The translations under genes were made by a program, and so were the position numbers. The notes under the pieces are model-generated. The model saw nothing but the letters and a program-made list of their open reading frames with translations, did no database searches and had not been told where the DNA came from. From Octopus bimaculoides (Eukaryota), in the NCBI RefSeq assembly GCF_001194135.2, contig NC_068999.1, positions 20,174,608-20,219,935 of the forward strand: a DNA stretch of 45,328 nucleotides. The letters are read 5' to 3'. This document shows, one piece after another, positions 40,115 through 45,328 of this stretch (within the stretch, counting starts at the first letter, position 1; each line of letters starts with the position of its first letter).

Positions 40115-40307
40115 CATTTTAGAATAAGAAAACTGTCTGAACTATTTCTAATTACAAGTGAGTTCAAAAATACCGCGTTGTTGCGACTAGACTGTTCGCT
40201 ATCTCTGACTCTTTCTGAACATATTACGATCAATGAAGATGTTAACATCAGACCTTGCTTGATTGAAGAGAATTTGCGCTCATGTTTCCATCTTATCACT
40301 TTAACAA

Positions 40308-40378
40308 TATCCAACATATCTCATGACATATTTTCATGCAAATGAAAATAGCATTCACTGTCACACGCATCAGGAACC
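40308..40378 (-). ncRNA. Degenerate hammerhead-like motif downstream of the Penelope-like ORF
   Basis: Minus strand: ggttc-CTGATGC-gtgtga..(stem II with wobbles)..ttgcat-GAAA-ATAT-GTC. Core A9>C, and stem I is poorly formed in either register. Confidence 0.3.
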
Positions 40379-40684
40379 TCAACAATCAGTTAAAAACTTG
40401 ATGAGTTTCAGTCTGAAAATAAGTAGAAAAAAATGACAATGTTCGCTTTAACTATTCTAGAGACCACTACGGTTTTTTGGTTTGTGGATAAGTACTAATT
40501 AGCCTTATTCACGATATCATAAGTACTATTCTTGTTCTAGACATATTGGTAATCCCTGTTTTATTTTAGTACACGCTTCATTTCGTTACTCTTTACACAC
40601 CTTTGTTCCCAGTATTTAGAAATAACTCATAAAAATTTCCCTAGATCACTGCTAGTCAACTCTTTCGCTTATCGACTTCAAACC

Positions 40685-41350
40685 TTACGCTGCAAGATGG
40701 CATGGTTTTAATATATTGAGAGTATAAGGTATATTTGTATTTTTGAGATGATGTATGTGGTTGGCGAGTGTTGTAGAGGTGTGTAATCGATTAAGGACAG
40801 TGCATTTGTAAATTACATTATATCTTCTGCAATGGGTTTGTAATGGGCAGATGCTTCCAGGATGGCAGTTACAATTAGGGGAATTTTGGGAAAGTGTTCA
40901 GGAATAGAGGAGGTAATATCACCAGAGGAGAGGGTAGAGAAGGGGATAGAAGATTCTAGATTATTAGTATTATTAATGTTATCATTACCATCATTGTTAT
41001 TATTACTATTGTTGTTATTTATTGTACTATGTGTAAGGGTGGTAGAGATTGTGGTGGTATTACGGGCAGTTTCAGTAGGATGGGTTGTGTTGTGGTTGTG
41101 GTCTAATGCAAAGGTATCTGTGCTGGAGCTGTGTGTATGTTGAGTGTTCGTATGACTAGAGTTGTAATTATGTGAGTTTTGATAGTAAAGAGAATGCTTT
41201 TGCTTATTAGAGGCTGCTACAATAGATTCGAATTTGGGTGAGGTAGAATGAGATAGTTTCAAGGTGAATCGATTAAATATAGAATGATATTTATGTTGCC
41301 GAGGGAAGTTAGAGTCTAGTATTTTAAAGAACGATTTAGCTAATATGGTT
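40685..41350 (-). mobile_element. Penelope-like retroelement remnant: post-RT linker, low-complexity spacer, Cys motif and partial GIY-YIG endonuclease
   Basis: Frame 1: ILAKSFFKILDSNFPRQHKYHSIFNRFTLKLSHSTSPKFESIVAASNK resembles the PLE motif K.FL.LIDKHFP..HK.HKIFNRNT.K.SYS..PN...II..HNK. After a frameshift (40873-40685): CNCHPGSICPLQTHCRRYNVIYKCTV..HTSTTLANHIHHLKNTNIPYTLNILKPCHL resembles CNC....CPL...CL..NV(V/I)YK.TV and ST.LS.HIW.LK..N. The YIG segment is deleted. Confidence 0.8.
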
Positions 41351-44130
41351 CATTTGTGACCTTCCCGTCCTTTCAGCCATATTTTATCGCAGAATATGTC
41401 AAACTAAATGGCACCGACTTTCTCGGTTTTGAGACATGACATTTGGCTTGTATTTCTAGCAGATCTGATGACGAAGTCTCTTCGTTGACAAGTTTACCGA
41501 TGGTTTTAATGGTATATCGTGTTGATGTTTAGGCCCAAAGAATGTCTGCCTAAGCAAATAGATAATGATGAAAGATTTTCATGCATGGCCACCTAATCTT
41601 AATTTCAGTCACTATATCGCTGTCAGTGCTATGCAAAATGTCATCTCAGTTTTTACGACGTTATGTTGCGATGCCAGACGAAAGATATTGTGATTATCTA
41701 ACTACTCATGTCAACTAATTACTTATTTAGAATGTTACCCGAACTAGACTGAGGTCGAACTAATCGATCGTAGACAGCTCTTAAAATTTGTTCTCATTTT
41801 AAAAATAAACGTTCATTATGATTCTGCGCTTTATGGACTCATATAAAGTCGGTTCGCTCCACAGAACTGTGTTGCCATTAATTGAACAATATACAGATCA
41901 GACCGTTTTGTAATCAAGTAAAGATTACCCCACGGTTAGATTTAAGCAGAAATAGCTTTATGAAGACTATTTATTTTGATATGTCGTTTATGGCATTTCC
42001 TATAATTATATAATTGAACGATAATGTTTTCCACTTGAACAGTTTAGGAAATGCAGAGAGTATTAATTTTAAATCCTGACCAAATCCAAGCAGATAATTG
42101 AGTAATGAAGTAAAATTTGTATATGATAAGAGAATTCTTTATCACAGCAAAGAATTACAGTCTTAGTTTGCGAATTTGAATAGAAAGGTTTGAGGCTTGA
42201 CTGCAGCTCTTTCTAAGTAATTTTATTAATAAAAGGAATTGATTTGTTAGACTAGAGTTTATTAAGAATGTAATGGAGTTGCGCTTTTGTGTTTATTTGA
42301 ATAGGATTTGGCATAGCCTCTAAGCACATTGTGTAATGTAGAGGCAAACATATGAGAAATAGTACGTTAGCAATGAACAATGCACACAGATAAACAGAAA
42401 AACACGCATAAGTGTTTCATATAATATATATGCGTATACTATATTCTACAATGGAACACATAATGAATAGCTATATCAATAGATAGAATATTTAACACAT
42501 TAAAATATTAATGAAATAAATGCAATATCTGTGAAAGATTAACGAGGAACAACTCTCATCAATATACATTTCTTTTCTGCTTTGCTGTTTGCTAACTTTA
42601 TATAATATTCGCCTCTAATATATAGATTCGGTACAAGGGTTAGTTAAAGAATTTAGTCAGCACCAATGATAAGTTTATTTAAATTGTAAGGAAAATATTC
42701 TAAAATGTATGCCATATTCAGTAATGAACAGAAATGGCCCGACCGTTTCTCTTCCACTTCTCCATTACCCCCACGTACTAAAAATGTAATGAGAATTGCT
42801 GATAAATCACTATTAGATTTAGAATACTAACCTTTGGTATTTCTTTACTGGAAGAGCACGAATGCAAGCAACACAACTCAATAGAATTACACGTTTAATT
42901 TATTTTTGTTATGTTGATTCTCTAGATAAGAATTTAAGTTAAAAAATAAGTCGAGAAAAGAAATCAGTGATATATTTTATTCAATTTAATTGCTGTCTTT
43001 AGGTATGATACGAAAATCGCTGATAAAAAAATAATGAAAATAAATATTATAAACTTTTGATTTTGATAGAGTTGCAGATTTATAGACATATTTATAGACA
43101 GATTTCAGAGGTTCCTTAACTGCGGAAATATTGTAAATTATTCATAAATATCAGTGTTCTTTACACAGGATTGTATAACCGGTATTGAGCAAAAAGAAGC
43201 ATATTTCGCGTGCAATTATTATTATTAGTTCGTTTTAGGCCAACTTCAGCGATGCTCATAATATATACCACCTATTATATAAAAAGAATAAAACTACAGA
43301 GAGATCCTCCGGTAAAAGATCTAGCTACAACGCAGGGAGCACAAGTCTGTACAGAATTGCGAATGTACAAACACATACATTCATACACATACATGCATAC
43401 ATGGATATGTACATGCATTCATACATACATACATACGTACATACATGCATGCATGCATACATACAGACACATCCTTACACACAGACATTCAAACATACAC
43501 GTGGATATATGCATACACACACTCATATATATTCGTCCATTCTAAATTTTAATATTATATACCACGACAGAGTCATGGGCATTCATGTTCGTATGTTTTA
43601 ATTTTACCGTTTTTAGGAAACCATGGTTTCTGCGTAACACAAATTGCATCTCAAATATAAAGACGTAACAGGATTGGGTGTTTATAAGACATCTATTCAC
43701 AAAATCTCACGTAAATTTATGGAAATACCGAAAAGTTTTATTTGAGTAAGGTTTCACGTAATAGATGCATTTCCTATTCTATATTACGCAGACCTGAAAC
43801 ACGAACTAAATGATTTCAAAATAGTACTAATTGAATTCACAACAAGTCTGACAGGACAGGTTGAAAGAAGAGGAGATAATAAGGACTTGGTGATCCCAAA
43901 ACGAAGGTCCGTGTTTCTGTATATGAGAAAGTGTATGTGTGTGTGTTAGTGGATAGGGGCTAGTGACTTTAACATGCGTTGATGTGTGCGGATGATAGTG
44001 TGTGGTGTGGGTGCTGGAAGGTGGTCAGTACTAGTGTGTGTGGAGTGGAGTTTTTGTCCAACCAGTCGCCATGCTTGACCGCTAAGTCCACACGTTTTCT
44101 TTTATTCTCTCTCTGTTTGTTTTCTCGTAT

Positions 44131-44245
44131 TCTTTGCTGTTGAAGACGGTAGGCTCGAATGGTAAAATACTTTATCACTTTCGGAGCCTCAAACTATTAC
44201 ACCTGCTTGTTGTACATGCACCTGTCTTCGTGTTTTGTTTTTCTT
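44131..44245 (+). mobile_element. Hammerhead-bearing dispersed repeat, copy 2 (decayed)
   Basis: CTGTTGAAGACGGTAGGCTCGAATGGTAAAATACTTT plus downstream sequence similar to 2282-2400. Stem II and GAAA are mutated. Confidence 0.55.
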
Positions 44246-45328
44246 AAAGTCTCAACTACATGCGTGGGGGCATGTGTTTGGGTGTGTATGTTAACTAAAA
44301 TGAAACAACAAAGCCAAGGCTGTGTAGAATTTAAAGGACATTTATAAAGAGAAAGGTAGTCTTACATCTGTTTCTGGGATATTAGGGATATCTCTTCATC
44401 AGAGACAATATGAGAGTGTTAACTACAGGGAAATAGTAGAGTTCAATATATGGAGTTATTTCGAAAAGGATCGATATAGGAATTATAAAGGGAAATAAGA
44501 CAATAAAAATATCAGTAATAATATATGTAGGATGTTACAGTTGCAGTTACATTATCCAAGGAAAGTGCTGTGTAAAATTGCTAGAAATGCTTCTTGTCCA
44601 TGGTATGTAGATTCCGACAGGAGTTCATATATTGTGCTGATCATTCAAAGTCATCTTGTGGTGTGAATGAAATTTTGAGAACGTACTAGTAGGGGTAAGT
44701 AGATAGAGAGAAGAAAGTAGATATGTACGTTAGGGGGAGAATGTATTAGTCAAAAGGAATGGGGAAGGAAAGAAGAATGAAAGAAAGAAAGAGGGAGAGA
44801 AAATTTTAAAAAGGAGTGCTAGATGTCGGTCAAGATATTGTGAGGAGGATGGGAGAGGAAAGCTATCAAGGAATAGGGGAGGGGTAGGAGGAAGAGATAA
44901 GAATGTAAGGAAGGAATATGTGTGAGAAGTAAAATAATCTAGGAATAACGGAAGCACTGAATCACTAATGTGTCACGTATATCGTAATCTCTTTCTGAGT
45001 AATCTGAAAAATGTGTTCCTGTGCCCATAAAATCTGCACAAGAATGAGATTATCTCGCCTGAAACGCTAAACGATTTTTCTATAAGGATTGATATCGAGT
45101 TACACACCGATGAGAGCGATAACAACCTCAATGGATAAGATACATTTAACATTTTTATTTCCATTATATACGTTAATTATGTACTGCTACTCTGTATAAT
45201 AATTTTCTAACCATGCTAATGAGGTAGTCGGTCCTTTACAGAATAGTTTGATGCAGATTATGATTGCTAACAACCTCTATTTGGGAAACGACCTGCTAGA
45301 TAGATGAACCAAATATTCCTTAAATCCA

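Noticed and set aside
41465-41490. CTGATGA followed by ACGAAG/CTTCGT hairpin on plus
   Set aside because: No GAAA after the stem, and opposite in orientation to the Penelope ORF.
42831-42846. 16-nt possible microexon on minus with good acceptor and donor
   Set aside because: Too short to assess; such signal pairs arise by chance.

Overview
Eukaryotic, AT-rich, repeat-dense draft-assembly window with 13 N-gaps (about 4.8 kb), nearly all at (TA)n/(CA)n microsatellites. The SINE families, microsatellite load and TE content look like a coleoid cephalopod, most likely Octopus (recognised from memory, not database-checked). No host gene can be identified, and almost all supplied ORFs are artefacts of microsatellites or N runs. 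Supportable features: (1) a full-length but decayed 1269-bp DD37D (maT) Tc1/mariner transposon at 19022-20290 with 26-bp TIRs, TA duplications and an in-frame telomere-like (CCCTAA)n insertion; (2) a minus-strand Penelope-like retroelement remnant (post-RT linker, Cys motif and GIY-YIG pieces) at about 40685-41350; (3) an RLE-type LINE endonuclease fragment at about 7160-7365; (4) ten copies of three tRNA-derived SINE families; (5) a 564-bp foldback element with about 96% identical 161-bp arms; (6) an old tandem duplication of about 0.65 kb. The most interesting signal is a set of type I hammerhead-ribozyme-like motifs of three different sequence families (441-500, 2277-2313 with a decayed sister at about 44137, and 40308-40378). 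One sits in the loop of the foldback element and one lies downstream of the Penelope ORF.
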